The notes under the pieces were generated by a model. It did no database searches, had not been told where the DNA came from, and saw only the letters and a list, made by a program, of their open reading frames with translations. A program made the translations under genes and the position numbers. This document shows, one piece after another, positions 35,580 through 50,177 of a stretch of DNA of 64,000 bases. This DNA is from Anthoceros angustus (taxonomy: Eukaryota; Plantae; Anthocerotophyta). The stretch lies in assembly GCA_010909165.1 (NCBI GenBank), contig VJWM01000250.1, forward strand, positions 124,001 through 188,000, written 5' to 3'. How positions within the stretch are numbered: position 1 is the first letter of the stretch; every line of letters begins with the position of its first letter.

Positions 35580-37350
35580 GAGGAGTGTTTATATCACACC
35601 ACTGCGTATGGAGGTTAATGAAATTGGATGAGGCGATGATGGGAGGATGAAGAAGCATCGCTGAGGAGGGCCTTCCATCAACGCGGTCCCGGAGCTAGTG
35701 TGTGCTAAGATGACGTTGATGGTGCCGTGATGCTGACGAGAGTTTGAGGGAGAGGTGGTGAGTATGGTAGAGGTTGAGTTTCCGCATCGGCTGTGATGAG
35801 ATTGTAGGCAAGATTTGCGGTGGTGCATGACAAGGAACCACAACGAGGGAAGAAGGTGAGGCAAGCCGCATTGATATGGGCGGAGGAGAAGGGCAAGGAT
35901 GCTAAAATGGCTCCATCCGCCAAATGTCACCACGGGCGTGGAGGAAGGCCGGAGCAGTGGTTACGCTGACAAGAATGGGGTGTGGCCAACCCCCAAAGAA
36001 GCCGCAACGCCGGTAAGGCCGGGTAAAGCATGATCAAGGGACCAATCCCTTTGGTCCACTAGGGGCGAAAGATTTTGAAAGGAAGTTCGTGCAACGGGGA
36101 GGGAGCACACGAGAGGAGCCATGGGCAGAATGGCTTGAGAACATGCCGAGTATTGAGAGGTAAAGGATAAGGCATGTGGAGGGGCATGAGGCAACGCTTG
36201 TCGAGTGATGTGATCCGTGTGCATGTGCAATGCTTGAGATGGGAATGCAAGAGGGAAGCAATGGTCGAGGCGAGGGGATGACACATGCAGTGTGAAGAGG
36301 GTGGGGGACAACCAGGGAGAGGGAGGGAAGAGGGTTGGAGGGCATGGAAGAAGGGGGACAAAAGTGGGAAGTGGTGGCACCGACACGAGGATCACACTTG
36401 AGCGGTTTAAAAAGTGTCAAATGTGTTCCATGTCATGCAAAAGTGTAATGTGGGCGACATACTCGATGTGTGCCTCCCATGGTGGTCGAAAAGAAGGAAG
36501 CCGTGGAAGGATGTGGGAAAAGAGCCCTGTGGAGGCGTGAGCAAGGGAAGAGAAAGCGCACCAAGCTTGACACCAACAAGCAAAGGGAAGAAAACGGCGC
36601 ACTGGAGAAGAAGAAGAATCTTCCTGAGGACAACCAATGGGTATAGCGGTGGGCAAGAAGCCTTAGTAGCAAAGGATTTCGCTTTATGTAGGAAGAATGT
36701 GAGGGCTTCGAGGAGATATCGCCATCCGGATGATTGTGGTTCTATACAGTTGGAGACGTGAAGGCCGGAAAGGGGAGAAGCTTGTGGTTGACCTGGAATC
36801 GATGACTCAGAATGCATAATTGAGACGTCACGTTTGTGTCACAAGTGAAATTGTTGGTAGGTGTGGTTTAAGGTATGATTGCTAGGTGTCAGCGCCTTTG
36901 GGAGCAATTCGTGGATGTACCCACCACAGAAGACAGTAGTCCGTGACGCCCAGAAATAGATGTGGAGAAATGTTTAGTGTTTTGGGATGGAGGTATGTGA
37001 GTGAAAAGACGACAGTAGGCAGTGGTTTGGAACCTACGACGACATTCCCATGTATACACAAAGCATGGATTCTTCCCCACCCCGTCCGCCTCGTGATATG
37101 TTAATGACCGCTTCCGTCACTGCGGCAAGGGCTGCCCATGTACCACCCCTTCCTACATTTCTGTGGATGCTGCTGTTTCCCAACCTTGTAGTATCCGTAG
37201 GAATGCATCCTATTGTGAGCAGTAATTACGCGGGGCGCATCACGTCGGCCATGAACAAAGTTGCTCGAAAGGGTGAGATAGGTATGTATACAGAAACCCG
37301 TCATCCATGTAGTCCCACAGGAGTGGAGGAGGGATGGTGACGGGGTCGCT
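35580..37350 (-). other. Degenerate coding-like segment, weak resemblance to L1-type LINE ORF2
   Basis: Minus-strand PRLDHCF (~36254-36275; cf. endonuclease SRLDRF motif) and LMEGPPQRCFF (~35649-35681; cf. EGDxxTKFF). No RT motif was seen. Confidence 0.3.
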
Positions 37351-37613
37351 GGTCACAGTCTGGAAGACCACATGTGCACTAACCCCGCCTCCCAAGTGTC
37401 GATGAACGATTTTTTTGTTTTGATGTGTTAGAATAGCAAAAGTGCTTTGAGAATCGCCCCGAGTCGTCTTTTATACGGAATGGTCCTTGGCCCTTGGAGA
37501 TAATAATAATTTTCGACCTTAGGTTTGACCCCGCAGGGTGGTAGAAATAGAGTCCTTGGGTATTGGGAATTTTAGAATAAAAGGTGTCTATATATGCTAG
37601 GGATGCTCACAAT

Positions 37614-40006
37614 ATGCCACGCTTGAGTAGTCAAGTGGGTGGTGGCTAGTTCCACCACGGTGGCCGAGAAACGGACGCATGCACTGTGGGGAATTTACAA
37701 CCCTAGTGGCGGAGCGGGACTACCACCGGAGCGCAATCGAGAAGGGCACACCCAAAGACTGCGAGGTCGCGACTTTCCGTGAGGGGCCGGAGCGGAGCCA
37801 AGAAGAGGGCGCGCACAACCACGCCAGCCAACCGCCTCATTGCAGGAGGAAGGGCGCGACGATCGACAGGCGGCGCGGAGGAGAGAAATCGGCCGCAAGT
37901 TCGCGAGGAGCGTGGAAGGAGCGCGAGGGCGGCTCGATTTTTTTCCGACTAACTGCAGGGTAGTCGAGGTTTTGTTTTTGGGAAACAACGAGAAGGAGAT
38001 GGCGCCCGAGCCGCGTCAAATCTCACTCACGCAGGGCCCAACATGGACCATCGGAAAGTGAGAGCCGGCAGCCCGTGCGTGAGCCGGGTCAAGTTCATGG
38101 AGAAGAAATGGTGCTACGATACCGCATTGGTGCAAGAGTGCGCCAATTAAGGACCAAGTCGCAAGAGGGTGACGCGAGGAAAAGGCCGCAACTGGATTTG
38201 GCCCTCTTTCGAGCAAAGGGGCGAGAAGCATCAAGATGGGAGCTTGGTGATTGACCGAAAGAAGACCTTGAGAGCCGCAGCGCCGCCATGAAGCCTCGGG
38301 AAGTGAGAGTGAACAATGGGTGACTCGCCAACTCGTGTCTGCAAATGTGGATTGGCCAAATGGATTTTGTGTTTCCTACGTAACCTAAGTCGGATCATAT
38401 GGCGGATCACTTCTTGGTTTTTCTTCACGAGGTGGTCAAGGGTACACAAATTGATTGGGGAAGGATGATTTTCGAAAGAGCCTGTGAGGAGAAGGCGAAT
38501 TTACTCTCTCTTCCCTCGGCCCTCCTTGATTTCGCCTTTTCCGATTCATGTATTTGCCCGGGTGGTTGAAGTTGGTGTCCGCCCGCATGGTTGGAAGCGT
38601 GGAACTCAAGGTAGAAGAGGAGGAATTTAAGGAGGATTCGCAAGGATTCCAAGCTTGGGAATGCTCCCTCGAAGGTTCTAAGAGGGTGGGAAGTTTCCAA
38701 GGGTAAGAAGCGAAGGGAACGGCCGAACGGGGTCGAAAAGGGGAGGACAGCATAGAGGAGGAACCCAGCCACACCTGTGGTCACCAGTCAAGACTACAGC
38801 AGAACGCTGGTAAAGGAGGAAAATAAAAGGAAATGGCAAGTTGCTCCCTCCTGTGCAGGATGAACGCCGCTAGGGAGAATGAAGCGGGGGAAGAGGCAAG
38901 GGCACCAACCCCTAGGAGAGGAGGGGTTAACTTCACAGCCGAGACCGCAACGGAGCTCCGGACATTTTTGGCGACATTTCACCGAACCGTCTGGCCGAGG
39001 TGGGGATAGAGACACCGTCGCGAGAATTGTTGTGGAGGCGGATGGGCAAAGGGACAGCCCAATTTGGGGATTTGGTGGTTTGACTGCCATGGCGACGCAG
39101 CGGATCTCCTCGATCAAGCAGCCCATGGCTCTCACAGTGTGCAAGGCCAACAGGAGAAGTTGCTCAAGGAGAAGTTGGAAAGCCCGAAGGCGAGAGCAAG
39201 GCGGCCGAGGAGCGCAGACGGAGTGCGGGCGCCTTATGCAAGGCATGCAGGGACATGTCCACTCAGCAGAGGCTTAGTAAATCAGTCAAGGGGCGATGCT
39301 ACAATTGAAGAGCTTCAAGATGAGGTCTCATGAGTCCAGTGAGAAGCGTGGCGTGGAGAAATTCAAGAAGTCATGAGAGGTACAAGCGGAAAGAGACGGT
39401 TAGGGCCGAGTCAAGAGAGAGGTGGCCAAACCAAGAAAGGCCGAGCGACCACCGCAGGAGCCAAGCAACCACCGGGAAGAACCACCACGGTGGCTAAACC
39501 ACCACGTGGAACGGGAACCGAGGTGGGGAAGTCACCGAGGAGTGTCGCAGATGGAGGATGATCCGGAGAATCAACAGCCTGTGGATTGTCCACGGAGGAG
39601 AGGGTAAGGACCTCATCGGGGCGATTGTGCCCGGATGAGGATGCTCATGTCCCCGGCCGCTCGCATGGTGAGCGTGCTCACTCTAAACGCTATGTGGTTG
39701 TTGGGGAGGGGCGTAAACCACCGGGTCAGACATCTTGACCGCCACAGCGCTACTGGTTCCTTCGAGAGCGGCGCCTATCCTGTGGTGCCGGAAGAGATGA
39801 GCGAGGCGCAGCGAGCATGGAGGGAGGAGCACGTATGGTTGTCCAAATGAGGAGAGAGGGACAATGGACATAGAGTCACAGGAAGGCGCGAGGGAAACTC
39901 AAAAGGAGAGTGAGGTGGAGGTTGTGGGGAAAATGATCAGGCGAGGCCAAGAGCGAGAGGGGTCCCCATGGGCCGAGGGGCGAGGCAAAGAATGAGGCGG
40001 CACTGA
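37614..40006 (+). pseudogene. LTR-embedded accessory ORF (A2 5' LTR)
   Basis: KGPTWTIGK, FLHEVVKGTQIDWGRMIFERACEEK, QEKLLKEKLE coiled coil, PDEDAHV block. Confidence 0.72.
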
Positions 40007-40989
40007 TTTTAGGGAGTCGCGATAGCCTAGGACCGGGTTTTTCGTAGGATAGGGAGTTCCATCACCGAGAGTCATGTTGCTTAGATTGGGCGCCGTGGTA
40101 GAGCTACAATTTTAGACACTAAGAGAAGTGAGCGTGTTGGACCATGTATAAGAGACCCTTTGGGTGTCTCTCAAAGACGATTTCGTGTGTGAACTTCCGT
40201 GTATCGAACCGGGGTTGATTGAGACGCCGTCAAGATCAAACGCGGGCGCACCGCCTTCGTCACAAGAGAGGCCGGAAGATCTCGGATGGTCGAGAGCGAG
40301 TGGCCAAGCTCCACGCCGGGGGTAGAGCGCCGAGAAGGGGCGGGTTGGAATCGAAGGCGAATCGAAGCAGTGAAGGGTTTCTCTTCCTCCCTCCTTCCAA
40401 CGCTGCCCACTGTGTGTGTTCATTCCATGAGGAGGGGAGGGTGGCCTGTGGTGAGGTCTGTGGCCCAAGGGAGAGGGGTCTGGCGGTGAGAGGTTCAAGA
40501 AGGGGAAAGGCCTGAGGAGAGTGGTTGAGCGGAATAGAGAGGGGGAAAATGAGAGAGTGAGGGGGAAGGAGCGTAGGATCGCAGAAATTCGGAAGTGAGC
40601 GTAGGAGGGAGTGAGTATGTGCGTGTGTGTCCCAAGCCCTGGTCCGAGTGGAGTCAGACACGCGGCGCCGCGGGGCCTGCTGGTTGAGTCAACACGCGGT
40701 GGCGAACGCCACCACGCGAGTCACCAGGGTGAGTCTCCAGTGGGTTTGGAGAGTGGTGGGTAGGGTAAACGCGTAGGTCTAGAATCCATAGAGATTAGCA
40801 CATCTTGACACAACACCATTCCCTTGGGATCGAATCCTAGGACTATAACGACATAGAGGGTAAATGTGGCCTCTTTGCCTTTGGATGCAAAACCCATTCC
40901 ACATTTTGGCGCTGGGAATGAAACTCAAGGTTATAGGGGACTAACCATAGCTTAGGTGTCTAGTTTTGGAGTGTATCTAGTTAGGTAGA

Positions 40990-43900
40990 TGGATGCCACG
41001 TTGAGTCGAGGGTTCGAGTCAAGTCGAGGGAAAGCCGCCAAGCCAACACGCCAAGGGAAAGGTTGAAAAGGGTTGCAAACCGCGAGTTGAGGAGGGGTCC
41101 AATTGAAGACGACCTGCTGGAAAAAGAAGGTAGATCAACCGACGGGGTCCGATCTTGTTGGAGCAAGATCCCAACCTCGGACTTGGGGTACCACCGCCAA
41201 GGACCTGACCAATTCCAACCGACCTCTTCCAAAAGTGTGTGTGAGATCAATCGACCCCAACAACCCGTGGAACCGTTGAGTCACCAACCACCAACATAGC
41301 CGTCATGTCCACCACCACCGGTGGTGGTCACCACCAAGCAACCTTACCTCCATGGGAGAGGGAAGGGGTATGAAGACCCGATGAATTTGTTGAGCGCTTT
41401 GAGCAACATTTGCAAAACCAGAAGTAGGAGATGCACAACAGATTCATTGTTCTATGGAGTTCTTCGGGGTCCATAAGTGGTATAGGCGATACCTCAAGTT
41501 AGCCACACCTCCAACCTATGAAGAAAAAACCGCCTCGAGAAAGGTTTAGGGGCGACGTGGATATCGTGTTGTCCAAGCTTGAGAGGAAAGAGAAGGAAAC
41601 CTTGCAAGCTATGTGGAGAGGTTTCACACCACGCGATCAAGTGGCCTCATTCGAGCAGTGCAATACGGTGGTTCGCTAAAGGCCCGGGTTCTAAGATGGG
41701 GGGAAGGTTACAAGCGGAGAAGAATTTGGGCAAGGCTATCAAGGCGCTAAACTATGAGGAATCCAACCCGCAAGGGAGGAGGAAGGCTAAGAAGGAGAAG
41801 AAGAAGCCTGAAGAAGAAAAAGAAGGGATTCATCCTCCCCAAGGAAGTTCAGGAGCTGTAAGATTCCACGAGTTCCTGAGGAGGAAACGAGTGATGGAGG
41901 AGGAATCGCCATGAGGGTCAAATGGAAAAAGAAAAAGAAGGCGACGTGGATGGAAAGGACAAGGAGTGCAAGGCAAACAGAGGCGATGTATGCAAAAAGG
42001 ACGGAACAAAGTAGAAGGGAGGCCGAGGTAGCCAAGAAAGTAGAACAACAGGGAACAAGATGGAGGAGATGATGGCAAAATTCGAGAAATTCCATCTTAA
42101 TGCTCAAGGAACATGAGAGGCGAGAGTCACGAACCCACGAGCCAACCTCTTCTGCTCAACGGTGGGCAGCAGGACACTCCAAAGCTAATTGTCCGACGAC
42201 AAGGGTACACCGCCGGATATGAGGAAGAGGAGGAAGAGGGTCCGTGGAAGATACCGATCCGTGGAGGTTCACCAACCCAAGTGTACCCAAAGACCATGTA
42301 CCCGGCCAACCCACGAATTCCACGGGTAGGCGTCAGAATCACAAGGGGCAATAACACCAATGGGCACCGCCTTGTGCTACAATTGTCGCAACCTTGACAC
42401 TATGCTCACAATGCCTTATCCAACTCAAGGCAATGGAGATTTTGATAAACTATGTCAAGATTAGCAGGGCATTTGGCGGTGAAGTGTGCTCGCCAAAGCC
42501 CCAGAAGACGGTGAGGATCACAGCCCACCCGAACGGGAGTTCACCGACCAAACCCAAGTCCGGTCCGCCATGCATGTTGAGGATGCACTTATGGCGGTAT
42601 GGGAGGATGCCGAGATTGGAACCCCGAGGAGCTTGAGGGATTAGACAGAAGCGATTATTATGGGGAAGCCTCCGCCATGGTCGTTAGAACAAGGAGCACA
42701 AAAGCAAAAGAGAGGCGACGTGGGGAAAAAGAAGAAAGGAGGCGGATACGACCACGGATCGGATGAGGGAGAGAGTGTCGCCACCATGGAAATACCAACA
42801 CCAAAAGATTTAAAAAAAACAAGTCCCGCAGTGACTTGGATGGACCATATGTGCAAAAGAGTGATGCAGACATTGAGTGTTCCAATGCGGAAAGGTGAAT
42901 GAAGGGTCACGACGAAGCGAAGGGGTGGAACCCCACCGATTTCAGAGAAAGTTACCGAACCGAGTTAGGGTTTCCACCGACGACGGGGAAGTCATGGATA
43001 TGATACAAGAAGAATTGGCAAGGAGGCTACGAAAAGGCGGGGTGTCGATTTCCACCATGTGGGAGTCCACCACCCCACCGAAGGGCCACCGTACTCAAGT
43101 CATGACGAACCGGAACCCACACCAACCAAACTCGGATGGCGAAGCGGGCCACCGCTTTTCAATCTCGCCGAGGCCATCATGGACCAACATTTCATGATCA
43201 CATTGACAACTCCTCCGAGACAATCCGCGTATAGGCAATGATCGAGGGCGTTAAAAGAGGCGCAACCCAAAAGAGGCGCAATGTTCCTTTCGCCATGGTG
43301 AACTTGGTATCCATGGTGGATCAAGGCCCACCAACCTGTGGAAATTTCGGATGTGTCATTAAAGGAGTGCCTCGACACGGCCTGTAAATATTATGATGTA
43401 AGACACGGCTAGGAAATTGGGCTTGATATTGAACATACTACCAAGGTTTTGAGGCTGACATGTCCGTAATGGTGCCGTGGGGAACCGACAGTAACGACCA
43501 TTGGAACCATCCCACTACTTGATTATGTAGTCATCCAAAGAAAATCGCCAGTACGGCCCCTAATTGGCCGAACATGGATGTACGATCGCAATGCACGCCA
43601 AGGAAGTCGGTTTTAAACCGCTGGAATGGGATCCCAAGACCAAGGAGGGAAGGATGTGCCTATCGTGGAGTAAGGACATGTATGCAGTGAAACTCCAATC
43701 AAAATGTGGGCTGAGGAGGACACCGGAGAGAGAAGATAGGTTCCTCGCAACACATCTCAGGGTCGTTACGGTAACAATAAACTCCGCAAGGTAATCCGCC
43801 GGATCCCAAGTTGAAAGCAGAGAAGCGGAGCTACGCAGCTCACGCCGGAGGATTTGTTTAGGGAATGGGGCATGAGAGAAGAGGAATGGAGCCGTAAGAA

Positions 43901-46530
43901 GGATTCGGGTTAGCACCGCACGAGAGCGCGAGTGGGTACAGCATGAAGTCAAGGACGTTGAGGTTCTTCCAGGAAGGTGCTCAAATTCTCCGTAACAATG
44001 GATGCGGCGTTGGAGGAAGGAATGAAGCAACAATTCATCGAGCGCCGAGGTAGACATGAAGGGATCCCCAAAGAATGGGCGAGCATAGGATTGACTGGAA
44101 CCGTGAGCAATCCGAAGGATTCCACAAGACAAGTTAAACCAAGTACTCCTCAAGGTAAAGGATCGCTTGGAGATGTCAAGGCGGACGTGATCTATCCTAT
44201 AGTCAATACCGAATGGGTGGCTCCAATAGTGGTAGTACTAGGCGCCTGTGCAAAATCCGAGTTTGTCGACCGGAGAAGGTTGAATAAGGTCACCAAGAAG
44301 GATCACTTTCCGCTACCCTTCATCGATAATATCCTCGGATCCGTCGCAGTGTAATGGCGATTCATTCCTAGACGGTACTGGGTATAATCACCGCACCTTA
44401 GGGAGAGCGATTGGCCTCGACCGCTTACAACCGATCGGGGACATATGCTTACAAGCGCAGCGATTTGGGTTGACGGAGCACCGGGTCCTTCATGCGAGCC
44501 ATCACAAAATTTTCAAGGACTTCCTCCGACTTTATGGAAGTTTTCCCGACTACAGATGGGGCCGCAAGGACCATCCGCCGCACCTCCGGCGTTCGGAGCG
44601 CCGTCGAGCAACGCAATTATGCCTCGCATCCGTAAAAGTGCTACCGCATGTCAAGGAATTCGCTAGCATCAATTTCAAGCCGAGGTATAGAAGTAGATCC
44701 GACAAGGTAAAGGTCATCGCCACCCTTAGAGCACCAATAACGCTAAAGGAACTCCGCGGGTTCCCCGGGATGGTTTGCATTATAGACGCTGCTCCAAATT
44801 TCGCCAAGCCGCCCACTAACGAGCTTGTTAAGGAAGGATGGAGTGGGAATGGACGACGAACGGGAGGAAGCATGTGACTTACGCACCACATCGCTACAGC
44901 CCCACGCTAAAAGGACCGGATCGGAGTAAGAAGTTCCACGCTGCTGATGTTTCAAAGATTTGCAATTGGGTCCCCCCAGCACGGATGAGAAGAAGAAGGA
45001 TTTTCCGATCTACTATGCCGAGACAACTAACGGACGCGAACGAAAGTATACCACCACGGAGCGCCAATCGGGAATGGTTTACTCGGTCGAAATTACACTA
45101 CCTCCTCTCGTATGAATTTGTGTTCCATGTTGACCACTTTGCCTTGAAACACCTTGTGAATAAACCCGACCTTTCGGACGACGCATCACTGGATCTTGCC
45201 GCCTGTGAGTTTACCTTCTGGGAAACGAGAGAGGTAGGAAGCATATCAATGCCGACTTCATATCTCGATTGAAAACAGGAAGGTGGGGACCAGAAGACGA
45301 CTTTCCGATGAGACACTTTCTAGGAGTTAAAACCAACGAGTGAAGCCCGCCGAAGGAGGAGAGCCGATCGATTGAGAAGGGAGGTGGCTTCTAAGACCAA
45401 CATATCGAGATATACGATTATCTTGGCACGGGCCAAATTCCTCCACATCTTTCCAAGACATGATTCAAAGCGTTTGTCCACTACTCCGCACTATTCACAC
45501 GGCACAATATGAATTTATACCGAGTCATCCCGACGGCAGGAGCGGTTATGGGTACGCACTCAAGTGAGCGAGTCCCGAGCTCTTTACACGAAGAAGAGGC
45601 GGAGGTCATTATGCCGCATGTCACATGCGTGAAAATTTTGAGGTCGGCTATTGGTGGCCTACAATGTACAAGGATGCCAAGGAGTTCGTGAAGCGCGACG
45701 CTTGCCAAAGGGTCGGCAAGCCAACAAAGAACAACCCAATGGCCCCTTGTCCCCATACTTGCACCGCACCATTCGAGAAATGGGGAATCGATTTTGTCGA
45801 CCCTATCCACAAAACCAAGGCTCGCCAAAACCAATACATCCCGTGGCCAGACATCAGACGGATGGTAGAAGCACGTGCATCGCCGGTAGATTCGCGCACG
45901 CCGTCCGCGATTCTGCTCGAGCAAATCATCACCGATATGGTCGTCACCGGAGCCGCCGATGAGGAACACATTTCACAATCGTAATCTCCAACATGACCAA
46001 CCACTTCAACGTCAGCTGTGAAGTCCACGCCTTTATAACCCAAAAGCCAATGGCCGAAAAGGCAAATGGCTTGTTGTGCAAGATCCTAACCAAACTCACC
46101 GGCTATGCGTATGATCGATATGAAATCGCATTCAAGACTGGGCATTGACCGGAAAAGTGACAACGCAAAGAAACCCAGACATCTTACTTACGGCATTCAT
46201 GCCAATAGAATTCAAGTTCCCACCGAGAATACAGAACCAAGTCGAATGCCAAGGAAAGTCATTGAAAGGTTGGTGGGTTTCGACACACGAGAGAGAACAA
46301 GCCTCCAAGTTATGCGGATGTCCAAAAGGAGGAAGGACACAAAGAGATTGAAGCCAAGAATACGTTGTTCCCGGGATCCGCTTTACTATACGATAACCGA
46401 TACATGCATTTGTAAATTACATCTCGATGGATGGGGCCCTTCGTAGTTTCGAAGACAGATCAATTCAACTCCAAGATTTTAGTGGCTCACCGCCAACGCC
46501 AACGCGGGTCAAGAAATATTACTAATAAGT
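40990..46530 (+). pseudogene. gag-pol: gag-pol of element A2
   Basis: GYEDPxEFVERFEQ, CYNCRNLxHYAHxC (~42375), VIYPIVNTEWVAPIVVV, KKDHFPLPFIDNIL, HYLLSYEFVFHVDHFALKHLVNKPDLS, FEKWGIDFVDPI. Confidence 0.93.
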
Positions 46531-46800
46531 TGGCGAGGACGCCAACAAATGAGAAGGGAGTATGTGGAAGACCACATGTGCACTAACCCCGCTCCCAAGT
46601 GTGAACGATTTTTTTGTTTTGTGTTAGAATAGCAAAGTGCTTTGAGAATCGTCGAGTCGTCTTTTATACGGAATGGTCCTTGGAGATTAATAATAATTTT
46701 TCGACCTTAGGTTTGACCCCAGAGGGGGTAGAAATAGAGTCCTTGGGTATTGGGAATTTTAGAATAAAAGGTGTCTATATATGCTAGGGATGCTCACAAT

Positions 46801-48967
46801 ATGCCAGAGTAGTCAAGTGTGGTGGCTAGTTCCACCACGGTGGCCGAGAAACGGACGCATGCACTGTGGGAATTTACAACCCTAGTGGCGGAGCGGGACT
46901 ACCATGGAGCGCAATCGAGAAGGGAAGGGCACACCCAAAGACCGCGAGGTCGCGACTTTCCGTGAGGGGCTGAGCGGAGCGCAGAAGAGGGGCGCATACA
47001 CCACGCCAGCCAAATGGCTCACTGCGGAAGAGGAAGGGCGCCGGAGGAGGCGTGAAGGAGCGCGCGAGGGCGGCTCGATTTTTTTTCTCACCGTAATCGC
47101 AGGGTAGTCGAGGTTTTGTTTTGGGAAGACAACGAGAAGGAGATGGCGCCCGAGCCGCGCCAAATCTCACTCACGCAGGGGCCCAACATGGACCATCGGA
47201 AAGTGAGAGAGCACGTGTGAGCCGGGCCTCAAGTTCATGGAGAAGAAATGGTGCACCCGCATTGGTGCAAGAGTGCGCCCGCAATTAAGGACCAAGTCGC
47301 AAGAGGGTGACGCGAGGAAAAGGCCGCAGACTGGATTTGGCCTCTTCGAAAGCAGTGTAAGAAGCATAAGATGGGAGCTTGGTGATTGACCCCAGAAGAA
47401 GACCTTGAAACGGCCGCGCCATGAAGCCTGGGAAGTGAGAGTGAACAATGGTCGGGTGACTCGCCAACTCGTGGTTCGTGGTGGGGATTGGCCAAATGGA
47501 TTTTGTGTTTCCTGCGTAACCGAAGCGGATCATATGGCGGATCACTTGGTTTTTCTTCACGAGGTGGTCAAGGGTACACAAATTGATTGGGGAAGGATGA
47601 TTTTCGAAAGAGCCTGTGAGGAGAAGGCGAATTTACTCTCCTTCCCTCGGCCCTCCTTGATTTCACCTTTTCTCGATTCATGTATTTGCGCATTCGTGTG
47701 TTTAACGAGTTGAAGTCGCGGTCCCCGCATGGTTGGAAGCCGTGGAACTCAAGGTAGAAGAGGAGGAATTTAAGGAGGATTCTGCAAGATTCCGTGAAGT
47801 TGGGAATGCGCCCGAAGATCTAAGGAGGGTGGGAAGTTCATGGGCAAGAACGGAAAGGGCAGCACCCTCGAGAGGGGAAGAGAAGGGAGACACCAACAGG
47901 GAGGTTAACCCACACCAACCGTACTGGTGGGGATAGGATCAGACACAGAATTGGAGGCGGATGGGCAAAGGGACAAATTTGGGATTTGGTGGTTTGACTT
48001 CGCCATGGCATGACGCAGATCTCCTCGATCAAGCCCATGGCTCACCGCCGAGTGTGCAAGGCCAACAGGAGAAGTTGCTCAAGGAGAAGTTGGAAAGCCC
48101 GGAAGGCGAGAGCAAGGCGCCGAGGAGCGCAGACGGAGTGCGGCCTTATGCAAGGCACAGAGCGTTAAGGCACATGTCCACCCAGAAGCTTTAGTAAATC
48201 AGTCAAGGGGCGATGCTACAATTGAAGAGCTGATGAGGTCTCGCGAGTCCAGGAGTGGAAGCGATGGCGCCTTGAGAAATTTCGGGGAGAGATACAAGCG
48301 GAAAGAGACGAAGCTAGCCGTAGTCAAGAGAGAGGTGGCCAAACCAAGAAAGGCCGAGCAATGCCACCGCAGAGCCAAGCAACCACCGGGGAAGTAACCA
48401 CCACGGTGGCTAAACCAGCCACCGCCGGAACGGGAACCGAGGTGGGGAAGTCACCGGCTGGAGTGTCGCAGATGGAGGGATGATCCCGAGAATCAAGCAG
48501 CCGCCTGGATTGTCCACGGAGGAGAGGGTAAGGACCTCAGATCGAAGGGCGACAGTTACGGCGTCCGGATGAGGATGCTCATGTCCTGCCGCCGCATGGT
48601 GAGCGTGCTCACTCTAAACGTGTATGTGGTTGTTGGGACAGAGGGGCGTAAACCACCGGTCAGACATCTTGACCGCCATGGCGTGCCACTGGTTCCTTCG
48701 ATAGGAGCGGCGCCTATCCTCCGCAAGTGGTGCCGGAAGAGATGAGCGAGGCGCAGCGAGCATGGAGGGAGGAGACATGGTATGGTTGTCCGAGGAGGAG
48801 CGGACAATGGACATAGAGGTCACAAAGGCGCAACGTCCGCGGAAGGCGCGAGGGTCAGCAAAGGAGAGTGAGGTGGAGGTTGTGGGGAAAATCGCTGATC
48901 AGGCGAGGTCAAGAGCGAGAGGGGTCCCCATGGGCCGAGGCAAGAATCGCGGAGGCGGCAGCGCTGA
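46801..48967 (+). pseudogene. LTR-embedded accessory ORF (A2 3' LTR)
   Basis: ORF 47405-47713: HEAWEVRVNNG...ADHMADHLVFLHEVVKGTQIDWGRMIFERACEEKANLLSFPRPSLISPFL. Confidence 0.75.
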
Positions 48968-49988
48968 TTTTAGGGGAGTCGCGATAGCCTAGGACCGGGT
49001 TTTTTCGCGAGGGATAGGGAGTTCCATCACCAGAGTCATTGTTGCTTAGATTGGTAAGGGCGCCGTGGTAGGAGCTACAATTTTAGACACTAAAGAGAAG
49101 TGAGTCGTTGGACCACGGATGTATAAGAGACCCTTTGGGTGTCTCTCAAGACGATTTCGTGTGTGAACTTCCGTGCATCGAACCGCAGGGGTTGATTGGA
49201 GACGCCTGTCAAGATCAAACGGGTTCGCGCACCGCCTTCGTCACAAGAAGACCGGAAGATCTCGGATGGTCGAGAGCGGAGTGGCCAAGCTCCACGTGTA
49301 ACGGTGAGGGGCGCCCAACATGCCGAGAAGAGGTAGGGTTGCGGAAAGTCGGGGTGAGATGAAGGTGAATCGCCCAAGCATCGACCGGGTTTCTCCTCCT
49401 TCCAACAAGCCGCCACTGTGTTTCATTCCATGAGAGGGGTCTGTGGCCCTGTGGTGAGGTCTGTGGGGGAAAAGGGAGAGAGGTCATGTGTGAGAGGTTC
49501 TCAAGAAGAGGGTGAGAGCGTGGGAAGGAGTGGTGTGAGGAAACGCGAGTAGAAAGAGAGGGGGAAAGCGAGGAGGAGACGTGAGGGGAGGGAGGAGGAG
49601 AGTGAGGAAGTCGAGCAGGAGGAATTAGAGTAGATGTGAGTCTAGCGTGTGTGTGTAAGCCATAGACCCTGTCCGGAAGCCGGTCGAGTAGACTCCGCGA
49701 AGGCGGGGTGTGGGGGGAGTCAACCACGTGGCGAACGTGCCAGCCACAAGGTGGCCGAGTCTACCAGTGGTGCGAGAGGTGGTAGGGTAAGGGCCAGGTA
49801 GGTCTAGAATCCAGATTAGCACACCTTGACACAACACCATTCCCTTGGGATCGAATCCTAGGACTATAACGACATAGAGGGTAAATGTGGCCTTTGCGCC
49901 TTTTGATGCAAAAACCCATTCCATGTTCTAAAACCGGCTGAGCTAATACCGACGGTTTGCAATCGCAACAACAAGTGGTAACGGATGT

Positions 49989-50177
49989 CTTGTACACAAA
50001 GACGCACCTCACGTAATGTGCGTGATAAGCGTCAAGATCACTGTGAAGAAACGATATATCCGTCAGGTAATCAGAATAGGACTTGGTACATACAAAGACG
50101 CAAACTCCATGCCGAATGTGCGGGTGATAAGCGTCACACTCGTGAAGAAAACCTATATCTGTGGGTAATCAGAATAA
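49989..50177. repeat. ~93-bp tandem dimer
   Basis: TAC(A)CAAAGACGCA...GTGATAAGCGTCA...GTGAAGAAA...GGTAATCAGAATA at 49989 and 50082. Confidence 0.85.

Larger units (their letters stand above)
37359..49923 (+). mobile_element. Two-LTR gypsy element A2
   Basis: LTRs 37359-40903 and 46563-49923, PBS TGGCGCTGGGAATG at 40907, PPT GAGAAGGGAG at 46551-46560, and gag-PR-RT-RH-INT. The TSD was not resolved. Confidence 0.92.

Noticed and set aside
37354-49928. TSD for element A2
   Set aside because: The flanks CACAG and TGTTC do not match, and both termini are degraded (TCTGG start, CCA end).
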